NCBI GenBank assembly: GCA_964558395.1
Contig: CAZLDS010000013.1
Location: 390-64,389 of the forward strand
Direction of reading: 5' to 3'
DNA length: 64,000 bases
Source of the DNA: an uncultured bacterium
GTDB taxonomy: Bacteria > Methylomirabilota > Methylomirabilia > Methylomirabilales > CSP1-5
Part shown: piece after piece, positions 46,508 through 56,044 of the stretch
How positions within the stretch are numbered: position 1 is the first letter of the stretch
Layout of the letters: the number at the start of each line of letters is the position of its first letter
Position numbers and translations under genes: made by a program
Notes under the pieces: model-generated
Databases searched by the model: none
What the model was told of the DNA's origin: nothing
What the model saw: the letters and a program-made list of their open reading frames with translations, nothing else

Positions 46508-47257
46508 GTGATTGAAGCGATTACCTTTGATTTGTGGGACACATTGATCCGAGAAACCCCCGATTCGGCGCAGAAGGTCAATGAGGCCAGGATCCGGAAC
46601 CTGTATGTGTTTCTCGAGGGCTACGAGTATCCGGGCACCCTGGAACAGGTCGAGAAAGCCCATGAAAGGATGGGAGAACACCTCGAGGAGATCTGGGCGC
46701 GCAATGAGGATGTAGGTGCCGAGGCACAGGTACAGCTTTTCCTCGAGGCGTTGGATGGTGAGTGGCACATGCCCCAGGACCGTATGGCCCTGTCCAACCT
46801 GGAGTGGGCTTATGTCTCTGCCGTGCTTCACGCTTCGCCCGTCTTGAACCACGGGGCTGCGGAGTTGCTCGACAGACTGAGGATGCAGCACCGATTAGGC
46901 CTCATCTGCAATACCGGCCGCGTCCCAGGGGCCATGCTCAAAATCATTCTCCAGCGCCTGGGGATCCTGGAGCACTTCGACGTCTTGACCTTTTCCGACG
47001 TGGTGGGGATTCGGAAACCGGACCCGCAGATCTTCCATCTCACCCTCGAACCTCTTAGCGTTCCCCCGGAACGGGCCCTGCATGTCGGGGATAACATCTC
47101 TGCCGACATCCTGGGGGCACGGGGGGTGGGGATGTGGGCGGTGTTTCTCGGTCCCGCTGGGGTCTCCCTTCCCGAGGACACGCGGGCTCGGGCGATCATG
47201 GCCCTTGAGGAGCTTCCCCGGGTCCTCGAGGAGGTGGCCGAAGGAGTTCGCGGTTGA
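46508..47257 (+). CDS. HAD-family hydrolase
   Basis: ITFDLWDTL, LICNT, RKPDPQIF, LHVGDNISADILGA. Confidence 0.9.
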   Translation: MIEAITFDLWDTLIRETPDSAQKVNEARIRNLYVFLEGYEYPGTLEQVEKAHERMGEHLEEIWARNEDVGAEAQVQLFLEALDGEWHMPQDRMALSNLEWAYVSAVLHASPVLNHGAAELLDRLRMQHRLGLICNTGRVPGAMLKIILQRLGILEHFDVLTFSDVVGIRKPDPQIFHLTLEPLSVPPERALHVGDNISADILGARGVGMWAVFLGPAGVSLPEDTRARAIMALEELPRVLEEVAEGVRG

Positions 47258-47315
47258 CAGTTCACAGTCGGACAAAAACAGAAAAAACGACTATCGGTGA
47301 ACCGTGAACAGTGAC
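47255..47315. repeat. Inverted heptamer pair
   Basis: gacagttcacagtcg facing cggtgaaccgtgaacagtgac. Confidence 0.7.
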
Positions 47316-47323
47316 TCTGCCTC

Positions 47324-48118
47324 ATGATGGTGCAAGTGGAGAAAAAAACGGTTGGCCAGCTCCTGCGGACGGCCCGGGAGGCCCGTGGAGTCAGCCGGGA
47401 ACAGGCGGCCGCCGCGACCCGGATTAAAGTCATCTTTCTCACGGCGATGGAGGACGATGACTACCATCTTCTCCCAGATGAGCATTACCTCGTGCGCTTC
47501 CTTGGCGAATACGCGAACTTCCTTGGCCTCGACCTTGAGGACGTCCAACGCCGCTTCGTGCGACAGATCGCCCGCGATCGCAGTTCGCTCGCGGTCTTTC
47601 CGGTGAAGCGGACCGTGACGCTTTCACTGCGGCGGCTCTTCCCGGCGCTCGTCCTGCTGGGTTTGTTGATCCCTGCCATCTTTATTGGGCTTTCCCTGTT
47701 GGCAAATCGTCCCGAGCGTCCCGGAAGATCTGAGGTAGTGGAGGAGCAGCCGCGCGTTAGCACACCTTCCAGCGTTGAGAAGACCGTCGGTCCCGCGGCC
47801 AAAGCGATCCCGGCCATCCCCGATCGACCGACATCAATCGATACGCCAGCGGTGGAGTATACCTTGCGTGCCAAGACCAATGAGATGACTTGGATGCTCG
47901 TCACGATTGACGGCGGGGAGACCCGTGACGTCCTCCTTCGAGCCGGAGAGACTTGGGAGTGGAGTGCGCAGAAGGGATTTGTGGTGACGATTGGCAACGC
48001 GGGCGGCGTGGAGTTGACTTTGAACGGGCGTCCGCTGCCGCCGCTCGGAGAGGTTGGAGAAGTCATCCGGGACCTCCGAGTCCCCGCCGAGTACGCTCCC
48101 CCTGCCGAAACGCCGTAA
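47324..48118 (+). CDS. RodZ-like HTH + TM + DUF4115 protein
   Basis: VGQLLRTAREARG...YANFLGLD, TM helix, TWMLVTIDG, IGNAGGVELTLNG. Confidence 0.85.
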   Translation: MMVQVEKKTVGQLLRTAREARGVSREQAAAATRIKVIFLTAMEDDDYHLLPDEHYLVRFLGEYANFLGLDLEDVQRRFVRQIARDRSSLAVFPVKRTVTLSLRRLFPALVLLGLLIPAIFIGLSLLANRPERPGRSEVVEEQPRVSTPSSVEKTVGPAAKAIPAIPDRPTSIDTPAVEYTLRAKTNEMTWMLVTIDGGETRDVLLRAGETWEWSAQKGFVVTIGNAGGVELTLNGRPLPPLGEVGEVIRDLRVPAEYAPPAETP

Positions 48119-48281
48119 CTTGCCTTCGTGGCTCCCTGGATGTGTCGGCGTTCCCTCTAGGTCTATTTCTTTGGTCCCGGATAGTCGAACGTGTATGCGA
48201 TGGGAAAGGGATCCCACCACTCCGGAACCCCTGTCTCCTTGTCGGTATGGCGGGCGAGGCCGCCTGTGGATGGATCTGGTT

Positions 48282-49334
48282 CTAAAGCCACGGTTTGGTC
48301 GCAAGGAAAGCGACCACGTGGGTGGGCCGCGCTACCACCTTGGCGCGATCCCCTAGGTGGAGCTTCAGGGTCGATGGCTGGTGACTATGAATCGTCGCGC
48401 CGGAGGGAAGCTGGACCACCACGAGATAATCCGGGCCTCGGAACTGTCGCGAGACAATCAGGGCATTGCCGGTACCGTCGGGGATCAACTCGATGTGATC
48501 AGGCCGGATCATGACTTCGACTTGGGCACCCCTGGGGAAGCCCAAGGTGTTCGGAAGAGAGCCGACTTCGGTGGCGATCCCCTCTTCAGTCACCCGGCCC
48601 GGAAGGAAGTCGGCCTTCCCCACAAAACGGGCCACAAATCGGGTTGCCGGCCGGTGGTAGATTTCATCGGGCCGGCCAAGCTGCTCCAAGCGTCCCTGAT
48701 TCAGGATCCCCACCCGGTCCGCAATCATAAAGGCCTCCTCTTGGTCGTGGGTCACGAAGATCGCGGTCGTGCCCAGCTCCCGGAGGATCGTATAGACCTC
48801 GTGGTGCATCTGGACCATCAGGTCGGCGTCTAGGTTGCTGAAGGGTTCGTCGAGCAGGAGGACTGAGGGACGGGGGGCTAACGCGCGCGCCAGCGCGACC
48901 CGCTGCTGCTGGCCTCCCGAGAGTTCGTGGGGATAGCGCTTGGCAAAGGAGCCGAGCCCCACCGTCTCGAGCATCCCTTTGACCCGCTGGGCCCGGCTCT
49001 GCGGATCCAGTTTCTGGAGGCCAAAGGCAATATTCTCCTCCACGGTGAGGTGCGGGAATAGAGCGTATTCCTGAAACACCAGTCCCACTCCCCGCAATTC
49101 GGGTGGGACAAAGATTCGTTCGCCAACCATTGTCTGACCGCCGATCTCGACCACGCCGGCATCCGGTTTGTCAAATCCAGCGATGAGGCGCAGTGCAGTC
49201 GTCTTGCCGCTGCCGCTCGGCCCGAGCAGCGCGATAATCTCGCCTGGCTCCGCTTGTAGGGACAGGTTGTCCAAAGCGGGGAGGTCGCGGGGAGAGTAGC
49301 GCTTTGTCAATCCTTCAACGCGGGTCAGGCTCAT
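48282..49334 (-). CDS. Fe3+-type ABC transporter ATP-binding protein
   Basis: [34 protein letters not shown]; start trimmed to ATG 49334. Confidence 0.92.
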   Translation of the reverse strand: MSLTRVEGLTKRYSPRDLPALDNLSLQAEPGEIIALLGPSGSGKTTALRLIAGFDKPDAGVVEIGGQTMVGERIFVPPELRGVGLVFQEYALFPHLTVEENIAFGLQKLDPQSRAQRVKGMLETVGLGSFAKRYPHELSGGQQQRVALARALAPRPSVLLLDEPFSNLDADLMVQMHHEVYTILRELGTTAIFVTHDQEEAFMIADRVGILNQGRLEQLGRPDEIYHRPATRFVARFVGKADFLPGRVTEEGIATEVGSLPNTLGFPRGAQVEVMIRPDHIELIPDGTGNALIVSRQFRGPDYLVVVQLPSGATIHSHQPSTLKLHLGDRAKVVARPTHVVAFLATKPWL

Positions 49335-51067
49335 GAGATCCTCTGACCTCCAGCGTGAAGCCCTTCCTCCGGCGCTGCCACGGGCGCGTCTGTCCCTATT
49401 AGGGGACGGGCGCTGCTCCGTGCGAGGTACAGTACTGGCAGCATTCCCGCTGCCACGATAGTGAGAGCTGGCAGTGCCGCCGCTTCCCACAGGGATTCGG
49501 AGGTGAGCTCCCAGATTCTGACGGCGAGCGTCTCATATCCGAAGGGCCTCAAGAGGAGGGTGGCCGGCATCTCTTTGATCACATCTACAAAGACGAGGAT
49601 AGCGGCGGTGCAGAGGCCCCCGCGGATCAAGGGGAGATGGATGCGCCACAAGACGCCGCCTCTGCTCGCCCCCAGCGAGCGTCCCGCCATGTCCATGCTT
49701 GGCGTGATCTTGACGAGGCTTGCCTCCACCGTCTGGCAGCTAACCGCGAGGAATCGCACGAGGTAGGCAAACACCAGTCCCACCATGGAGCCGGTAAGGA
49801 GGAGGCCGGTCGAAATGCCCCACGTTGATTGTAGAAGTGCATCGAGGCTGTGATCAACGAAGGCGAGTGGTGCGAGCACGCCGACGGCGATGACAGAACC
49901 TGGAAGGGCGTATCCCATACCGGCGATGTGGCCAAATGTGCCAATAATTCGGCTCCGGCTGAGACGGAGACCGTAGGCCACGATGACGGCCGCCCCCACC
50001 GCCAGGATCGCGGTGATGGCTCCCAGGGTCACAGTGTTGAGCATAAATTGCGGATACTGGTTGTTGTAATCTGGCCCACCGAGCGATGTGAGCGTCCAAA
50101 AGAGGAGTTGGGCGACCGGCAGAACCAGCGCCACCCCGACGACGAGGCTGGCCAGCCCGCTGGCCGTCCAGGCCTTCCAGCCGGTGAGCCTTTTGGGGGC
50201 GGGCCGCCGAACCTTCCCATCGGTTTGGGTGAAACGGGCCCGACCGCGCAGGGACCGCTCGAGCAAGTACAGGGTAAGGGTGAAGAAGAGGAGCAAACTC
50301 GCGAGTTCCGTCGCCGCCCCCCGGTTAAACAGACCAAACCAGACCCGGTAGATCGCCACCGTAAACGTGTCGTAGCCATAGATGGCGACGGTTCCAAAAT
50401 CCGCCAGTGCCTCCATCAGGGCCAACGTCACCCCGGCCACGATCGAGGGTCGGGCAAGGGGCAGCGCGACCTTCCAGAAGACCCTAAACCTGCTTGTGCC
50501 CAGCGCCCGGGCGGCCTCCAACGTCGTCTCCGACTGTTCGAGAAAGGCGGCGCGTGCCAGGAGATACACATACGGATATAGGACGAGGGTCATAACGAGC
50601 ACGACGCCGCTATAGGAGGAAAAGGCCGGAAACCGGACGCCTGGCCCCACTGCTTGGCGGAGCCAGCCCTGCACCGGACCCGTGTAGTCGAAGATGGCCA
50701 GAAAAACGAATCCGATAACATAGGCTGGCATGGCCAACGGAAGGATGAGGAGCCATTGGAAAATTGCTCGGCCTGGGAAGCGGTGCATGGTGACCAACCA
50801 GGCCAGGCCGGTCCCCAGGACCACGACCCCGAGCCCCACGCCGACGATCAGCGCGAACGAGTTCCACACGAGTTCCGCAAGCTGGGTCTGCCAGAGGTGG
50901 CTCCATACCTCAAGGCTCGGCGTCACAAGGGAAGAGAGCACGACGAGGATCGGCGTTGCGACCACGAGAGCGACGGCTCCGGCGGCCACCGGCCACAGGT
51001 CGTGGGGGTACCACGACCTCATTCGGTGGACGCCATATGGAATGGACCGCACCTGGCTCGTTGCCAT
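49331..51067 (-). CDS. Fe3+ ABC transporter permease (FbpB/FutB-like)
   Basis: PLAMPAYVIG, EAARALG, LADFG, KEMPATLLLRPFGYETLA; start uncertain (51067 or 51022). Confidence 0.9.
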   Translation of the reverse strand: MATSQVRSIPYGVHRMRSWYPHDLWPVAAGAVALVVATPILVVLSSLVTPSLEVWSHLWQTQLAELVWNSFALIVGVGLGVVVLGTGLAWLVTMHRFPGRAIFQWLLILPLAMPAYVIGFVFLAIFDYTGPVQGWLRQAVGPGVRFPAFSSYSGVVLVMTLVLYPYVYLLARAAFLEQSETTLEAARALGTSRFRVFWKVALPLARPSIVAGVTLALMEALADFGTVAIYGYDTFTVAIYRVWFGLFNRGAATELASLLLFFTLTLYLLERSLRGRARFTQTDGKVRRPAPKRLTGWKAWTASGLASLVVGVALVLPVAQLLFWTLTSLGGPDYNNQYPQFMLNTVTLGAITAILAVGAAVIVAYGLRLSRSRIIGTFGHIAGMGYALPGSVIAVGVLAPLAFVDHSLDALLQSTWGISTGLLLTGSMVGLVFAYLVRFLAVSCQTVEASLVKITPSMDMAGRSLGASRGGVLWRIHLPLIRGGLCTAAILVFVDVIKEMPATLLLRPFGYETLAVRIWELTSESLWEAAALPALTIVAAGMLPVLYLARSSARPLIGTDAPVAAPEEGLHAGGQRIS

Positions 51068-51091
51068 GTCAGAACTCACTCCTGTTTGACC

Positions 51092-52156
51092 TTATTTGTA
51101 TCCCACCCGGTCCAGGAGTTTGACCGCAGTGGCCTGGAGGGCGCCAGCGGCGGCCACGTCCACTTCGTCCGCCTTATATGCGCCCCAAGCGGCGATCAGG
51201 GTATTCGGCTTGACGGCCGGGTTGGCAGGATACTCGAAGTTCGCATCGGCGTACAGGTGCTGCGCGCCGGGCGAACTCAGGAACTCGATCAGTCGGATTG
51301 CTGCAGCCCGGTGTTTGGCATACTTGGTGACTCCGGCGCCGGAGACGTTCACGTGGACGCCTCGACCGTTTTGATTCGGCCAGAACACCGTCACCGGGAA
51401 ATTCGGTTTGCTTGCCTGAAGCCGGGCGAGATAGTAGGTGTTGGCGATCGTCACGTCGCACTGGCCCGCAGCAATGGCCTCGAGCATCTTGGTGTCGCTA
51501 TTGAAAATGTGCGGGTGGTTCTTCATCCACCCGCGAACTACCTCTTCGGTCCGTCGTTCGCCGACCGTCTTGATCATGGTCGCGACGAGGGATTGGGTGT
51601 ACACCTTCCGAGAGGTGCGAAGACACAGTCGCCCCCGCCACTGAGGATCACCGAGCGCCTCGTAGGTGGACAGTTCGGTCGGCTTGACCCGCTCGGTGCT
51701 ATACATGATCGGGCGGGCGCGCACTGAAAGACCCACCCACGCGTTATTTTTTGCCCGCAGATGCGCGGGGATATCTTTATCAATGATGGGGGATTCGAAC
51801 CCCTGAAGGTAGCCGGCATGGTCGGCCATCCAGAGGTTGCCTGCGTCCACCGTGATGAGGATGTCCGCCGGGGTATGGGTGCCCTCGGCCTTCAGTCGCT
51901 CAAAGAGTTCGGGGGCGTTCGCCGTAAAGTAGGTAACCTGGATACGCGTCTTCGCTGTAAATGCGTCGAACATCGGCTTGATCAGCTTTTCGATCCGAGC
52001 CGAGTAAACGACGAGCGATTCGGGCTCGTGGGCCTCCGGGGCTGTCGTTGCAAGAGAAGGTATAAGGGTGACTCCCAAGGCCAGAATCGTTCCTATCGCG
52101 GCCTTCAACCTTCGCCTCTCTTTCTTGTCCACTGAGCAGGACAATTCCATAACCAT
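51092..52156 (-). CDS. Fe3+ ABC transporter substrate-binding protein (FutA/FbpA-like)
   Basis: VVYSAR, TPADILITVDAG, WVGLSVRAR, IANTYYLA, NVSGAGV, ANFEYP. Confidence 0.92.
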   Translation of the reverse strand: MVMELSCSVDKKERRRLKAAIGTILALGVTLIPSLATTAPEAHEPESLVVYSARIEKLIKPMFDAFTAKTRIQVTYFTANAPELFERLKAEGTHTPADILITVDAGNLWMADHAGYLQGFESPIIDKDIPAHLRAKNNAWVGLSVRARPIMYSTERVKPTELSTYEALGDPQWRGRLCLRTSRKVYTQSLVATMIKTVGERRTEEVVRGWMKNHPHIFNSDTKMLEAIAAGQCDVTIANTYYLARLQASKPNFPVTVFWPNQNGRGVHVNVSGAGVTKYAKHRAAAIRLIEFLSSPGAQHLYADANFEYPANPAVKPNTLIAAWGAYKADEVDVAAAGALQATAVKLLDRVGYK

Positions 52157-52200
52157 TGATCTAATAAATTCAAAGGTATTTGAAGGCTATATTCGCGGGG

Positions 52201-52230
52201 TAAGGTATCCTTAATATCTCAGTATGTCAA
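52201..52230 (-). promoter_or_regulatory. Promoter of the Fe3+ ABC operon overlapped by a DtxR/IdeR-like box
   Basis: Minus-strand TTGACA-17-TACCTT; palindrome TAAGG-tat-CCTTA; 52201-52219 matches 12/19 of TWAGGTWAGSCTWACCTWA. Confidence 0.5.
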
Positions 52231-52269
52231 GCCTTTTTTCAATATTCTGTGAGCTTGTCGAGGAACGTC

Positions 52270-52298
52270 TTGACAGTCGTTTACCAATCGGTTAGCAT
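52270..52298 (+). promoter_or_regulatory. Promoter of the DtxR-family regulator
   Basis: TTGACA, 17-bp spacer, TAGCAT. Confidence 0.6.
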
Positions 52299-52341
52299 CG
52301 CTTGCGAGCACGATTAACTATGCAGAGTCGCGGAGGAGGGG

Positions 52342-53013
52342 ATGACGCACGACATCGGTTTGATGGAAAAGACCGAGATGTACCTGAAGGCGATTACGGT
52401 CCTGCAGCAGTCCGCTCCGCCAGTCACCACAACCAAGATCGCCGATTTTTTAAAGATTTCGGTTCCTGCTGCGTCAGACATGCTGAAGCGGCTAATGCAA
52501 AAAGGTTTCGTGCTGACTGAAGGGGATGGGGGGATCGGTGTGACGGCGGGGGGGTTGGAGATTGCCCTGCAGGTGATTCGCCGGCTTCGGGTCGCGGAGC
52601 GCTTCCTCACCGACGTACTGGGGTTGTCTTTGGAAAAGGTCTACGAGGAGGCGTGTAAGTTTGAGCATATCCTCAGCGGCGAGGTGGAAGCGCGACTGGT
52701 GGAGTTTCTCAAGGATCCAATGAGCTGCCCCCATGGTCACCCGATCCCTGATGTGCAGGGTCGACTGCCGTTTGACTATCCAGGCACCACGTTGGGTGAA
52801 CTCAAAGAAGGGGAGAAAGCCACCGTCTTTTGCGTTCCCGAGGAAGACCCGGCGTTACTGCTCTACCTCACAGAACTCAGCCTTTTGCCGCATGTGAATC
52901 TTCAGGTGAAACGAATCGCTCCCTATCAGGGACCCATCTTTCTGCAGATCGGCGACATGCAGCAGGCCGTTGGACGTGATGTCGCTGCCCGCATCTATGT
53001 TACCCCGGCGTAG
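52342..53013 (+). CDS. DtxR/IdeR/MntR-family metal-dependent repressor with FeoA domain
   Basis: EMYLKAI, SVPAASDMLKRL, RRLRVAERFL, EACKFEH, PMSCPHGHPIP. Confidence 0.92.
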   Translation: MTHDIGLMEKTEMYLKAITVLQQSAPPVTTTKIADFLKISVPAASDMLKRLMQKGFVLTEGDGGIGVTAGGLEIALQVIRRLRVAERFLTDVLGLSLEKVYEEACKFEHILSGEVEARLVEFLKDPMSCPHGHPIPDVQGRLPFDYPGTTLGELKEGEKATVFCVPEEDPALLLYLTELSLLPHVNLQVKRIAPYQGPIFLQIGDMQQAVGRDVAARIYVTPA

Positions 53014-53109
53014 CCGTTCCCATGGCCATTGGTTTCCGGAGGCCGAGCGCGAGGTCTTGCACCGGCTGGAACTGCTGGAGGTCTTTTCGCGCTTTGACCG
53101 CCCGGGTCG

Positions 53110-54255
53110 ATGAGGTTTCGGATGGACGCTGATGTCATCGTCGTGGGGGGAGGTCCGGGAGGGGCGATGGCCGCCCGGGCCCTGGCGCAGGCCGGGGTGA
53201 GGGTCCTCCTGCTCGAAAAGGCCCACTTCCCTCGGCATAAGCCGTGTGGGGGAAGCCTCTCCCCCAAGGTGCTCTCTTTAGACGTGGACTTCAAGGAGGT
53301 GGTGGAGGACGTGATCGTGGAAGCGACCTTTACCGCTCCCGGCGAGACGCCGATTGAGTACAGGGCTGAAATCCCGCTGGCCTACATGGTGCAGCGAGAG
53401 CGATTCGATCAGCTCCTCCTTAACCGGGCCCAAGAGGCAGGGGTCCGCGCGCTGTTTGGGCACCGGGTCTTACGAGTCAAGGAAATCTCCGAGGGTGTGG
53501 AAGTGTTTTCGGATAGGGGGCCGTTTCGGGCACCGGTCCTGGTCGGGGCAGATGGAGCCCACGGAGATGTGACGCGCTCTCTGTTGCTTTCCCCTTCTCG
53601 GATCGCGCTGGCCATGGACGCGCGCATCTCGCTCTCGAATGACGTGCAGGACGCCTGGAATGGCAGGGCGCTCATCGATTTTGGCGCCATCCCCTTCGGA
53701 TATGGTTGGGTTTTTCCCAAGGCGGGCGAGTTGTCGACCGGGGTGTTGGGCGTGAAGAAAAAGGTCCGCGGTCTCCCCAGGCACCTCGATCGTTTTCTGA
53801 ATCAGCACGAATTGTTGGTGGGCACGAGGCGGGTTAGCGGGTGGTCCATTCCCCTTCCTACGTGGTCCCTGAAGTCTGTGGCGACATCTCGGGTTGTCCT
53901 GGTAGGGGACGCGGCGGGACTGGTGGATCCGTTCACCGGCGAGGGGATCTACTATGCCATGGCCAGTGGACTGTTGGCCGCCAAAGCCATTCTCGACACA
54001 GGACCCGAGGTCGCCGAGCAGTATCGCACGCTGATCCGGGAGACTTTTGGACGGGAGTTTCGCAGCGCCGCGATCTTGGCCGGGATCATTTACCGGACAC
54101 CCCGGTGGTCGTTTCGCGCCCTAAGGAGGCATCCCGAGGCGATCCAAGCGCTTGCCGACGTCCTCAGGGGGGAGCTGAGCTATCGGACCTTCCTCTCGAA
54201 GCTCGCAAAGCGGTGTCTTTTTCACGGTGTGAGAAAGCGTAAGCTGGCTGCCTAA
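53110..54255 (+). CDS. Geranylgeranyl reductase-family flavoprotein
   Basis: VGGGPGG, KPCGG, GADG, GYGWVFPK, LVGDAAGLVDPFTGEGIYYA. Confidence 0.88.
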   Translation: MRFRMDADVIVVGGGPGGAMAARALAQAGVRVLLLEKAHFPRHKPCGGSLSPKVLSLDVDFKEVVEDVIVEATFTAPGETPIEYRAEIPLAYMVQRERFDQLLLNRAQEAGVRALFGHRVLRVKEISEGVEVFSDRGPFRAPVLVGADGAHGDVTRSLLLSPSRIALAMDARISLSNDVQDAWNGRALIDFGAIPFGYGWVFPKAGELSTGVLGVKKKVRGLPRHLDRFLNQHELLVGTRRVSGWSIPLPTWSLKSVATSRVVLVGDAAGLVDPFTGEGIYYAMASGLLAAKAILDTGPEVAEQYRTLIRETFGREFRSAAILAGIIYRTPRWSFRALRRHPEAIQALADVLRGELSYRTFLSKLAKRCLFHGVRKRKLAA

Positions 54256-54293
54256 ACGAAACGCACAAGGTGCATTTACTGTGGCGCAACGGT

Positions 54294-54328
54294 TCGACCA
54301 TGCTCACCGCCTTGAGCCTGTCGAAGGG
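54294..54328. repeat. REP-like palindrome
   Basis: ttcgaccatgctca ... tgagcctgtcgaa, same family as 17341-17400. Confidence 0.6.
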
Positions 54329-54461
54329 GGAGCAGTAGTTCGGTGTGACCGAGGCATGCCGCACGTATCGGCCAGAGCGGGACTGCTGCATTGACATGGG
54401 ATAGATAGGGATTTATTTTCGATCTACACGCGCTCGACGAAGTGTGGGGGTTGACCCAACC

Positions 54462-55592
54462 ATGACACGAAGATTCCGGATCGCAGCCCTGGTGGTGGTC
54501 CTTTCTCTCGGAATTGGCCCTCCGCGACATCAGATGTGGGATTTCGCGCTGTCTCTTCCTTCTATCTGGGCTGCCCCGTTGGGAGGTCTCAGCCAAGCCG
54601 AGCAGGACATCATCCGGATCTATCAAGAGGTCAGCCCGGCGGTCGTCAATATCACCAGCACGGCGGTTGGCTACGATTTCTTCTTTAATCCGGTCCCGCA
54701 GCGGGGTTCCGGCTCGGGCTTTATTATTGACACACGGGGCCATATTGTCACCAACAATCACGTGGTCGAAGATGCCCAAAGCCTGGAGGTGACCCTCGCG
54801 GATGGCAGCAAAACCCCAGCGAAGCTGATCGGGCGGGATCCCTTCAACGACCTCGCCGTGATCAGGATTGATGTGCCGACCGCGAAGCTCCACGTCGTCC
54901 GGCTCGGGGATTCCGGTGGGCTCCAGATCGGCCAGATTGCTATCGCTATCGGCAACCCCTTCGGCCTCGATCGGACGGTAACCAGCGGCGTGGTGAGCTC
55001 GCTCGGGCGAACGCTGCGGACCGAGGGCGGTCGAGAGATCCGCGGGGTGATCCAGACCGATGCCGCCATCAACCCCGGGAACAGTGGTGGACCCCTCCTG
55101 AATTCCCGTGGAGAAGTGGTCGGCATTAATACGGCTATCTTCAGCCCCAGCGGCGGCTCCGTCGGCATCGGCTTTGCAATCCCCATCAACACGGCCAAAC
55201 GCCTCATTCCGGAGTTGATCGCGAAGGGTCGAGTGAGCCATCCCTGGTTGGGGATCTCTGGGCTCTCCGTGACTCCGGAGACCAGCCGCGTGCTGGATCT
55301 GCCTATTCAGCACGGCGTACTGGTCGTCAGCGTCGCCCCGAAATCTCCGGCTGACCAGGCAGGCATTCAAGGAGGGCGGCGCCGGATTCGGGTTGGCAAC
55401 ACGATCCTTCAGGTCGGCGGCGATCTCGTCGTGGAGGTGGACGGGCGAAGGATCGAGAAGATGCATGACCTGATCGCCTACCTCGAGGATCATAAGCGCG
55501 TCGGGGACACCGTGGAGCTCGAGATCCTCCGGAATGCCCGGCGATTCAAGGTCACCGTGACATTGGGCGAGTCGCCGGAGGGGCTGATATGA
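54462..55592 (+). CDS. HtrA/DegP-like serine protease with one PDZ domain
   Basis: GSGSGF, TNNHV, DLAVI, QTDAAINPGNSGGPL, C-terminal PDZ. Confidence 0.95.
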   Translation: MTRRFRIAALVVVLSLGIGPPRHQMWDFALSLPSIWAAPLGGLSQAEQDIIRIYQEVSPAVVNITSTAVGYDFFFNPVPQRGSGSGFIIDTRGHIVTNNHVVEDAQSLEVTLADGSKTPAKLIGRDPFNDLAVIRIDVPTAKLHVVRLGDSGGLQIGQIAIAIGNPFGLDRTVTSGVVSSLGRTLRTEGGREIRGVIQTDAAINPGNSGGPLLNSRGEVVGINTAIFSPSGGSVGIGFAIPINTAKRLIPELIAKGRVSHPWLGISGLSVTPETSRVLDLPIQHGVLVVSVAPKSPADQAGIQGGRRRIRVGNTILQVGGDLVVEVDGRRIEKMHDLIAYLEDHKRVGDTVELEILRNARRFKVTVTLGESPEGLI

Positions 55593-56044
55593 GCGCTTGT
55601 CGGTATGTCGCCGGGGTGCTCGTGTGCGGCACCCTGGTGGTGGCGGTTCAGGCGGCGGGCGGAGGCGAGGTTCGAATTAAGGACCGGGTGGCGGTGACGG
55701 TCGAGGTGGCCAGAACCGAGGCAGAGAAGGTGCGCGGCCTCAGTGGGCGGGACGGCCTCGCGCCCGCACAAGGGATGCTCTTCGTCTACGAGATCCCCGT
55801 GCGGCCGGTCATGTGGATGCAGGGGATGCGCTTTCCAATTGATATTCTCTGGATTCGGGATGGCCGGGTTGTGGATCTGGTGCGGGAGGCGAAACCGCCG
55901 ACCCCGGGTGAAGCACCCGAGGTGTTTGTGCCACGCGAGGAGGCTCAGTACGTACTGGAAGTGCCTGCCGGCTTTGCAGAGCGGAACGGGATCGCCCGCG
56001 ATGATCCGGTCCAAATAGGGTTGGGGGAGAGGAGAGGCCAGTGA
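55589..56044 (+). CDS. DUF192 family protein
   Basis: VEVART...GLSGRD, GMLFVY, WMQGMRFPIDILW, YVLEVPAG. Confidence 0.9.
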   Translation: MSACRYVAGVLVCGTLVVAVQAAGGGEVRIKDRVAVTVEVARTEAEKVRGLSGRDGLAPAQGMLFVYEIPVRPVMWMQGMRFPIDILWIRDGRVVDLVREAKPPTPGEAPEVFVPREEAQYVLEVPAGFAERNGIARDDPVQIGLGERRGQ

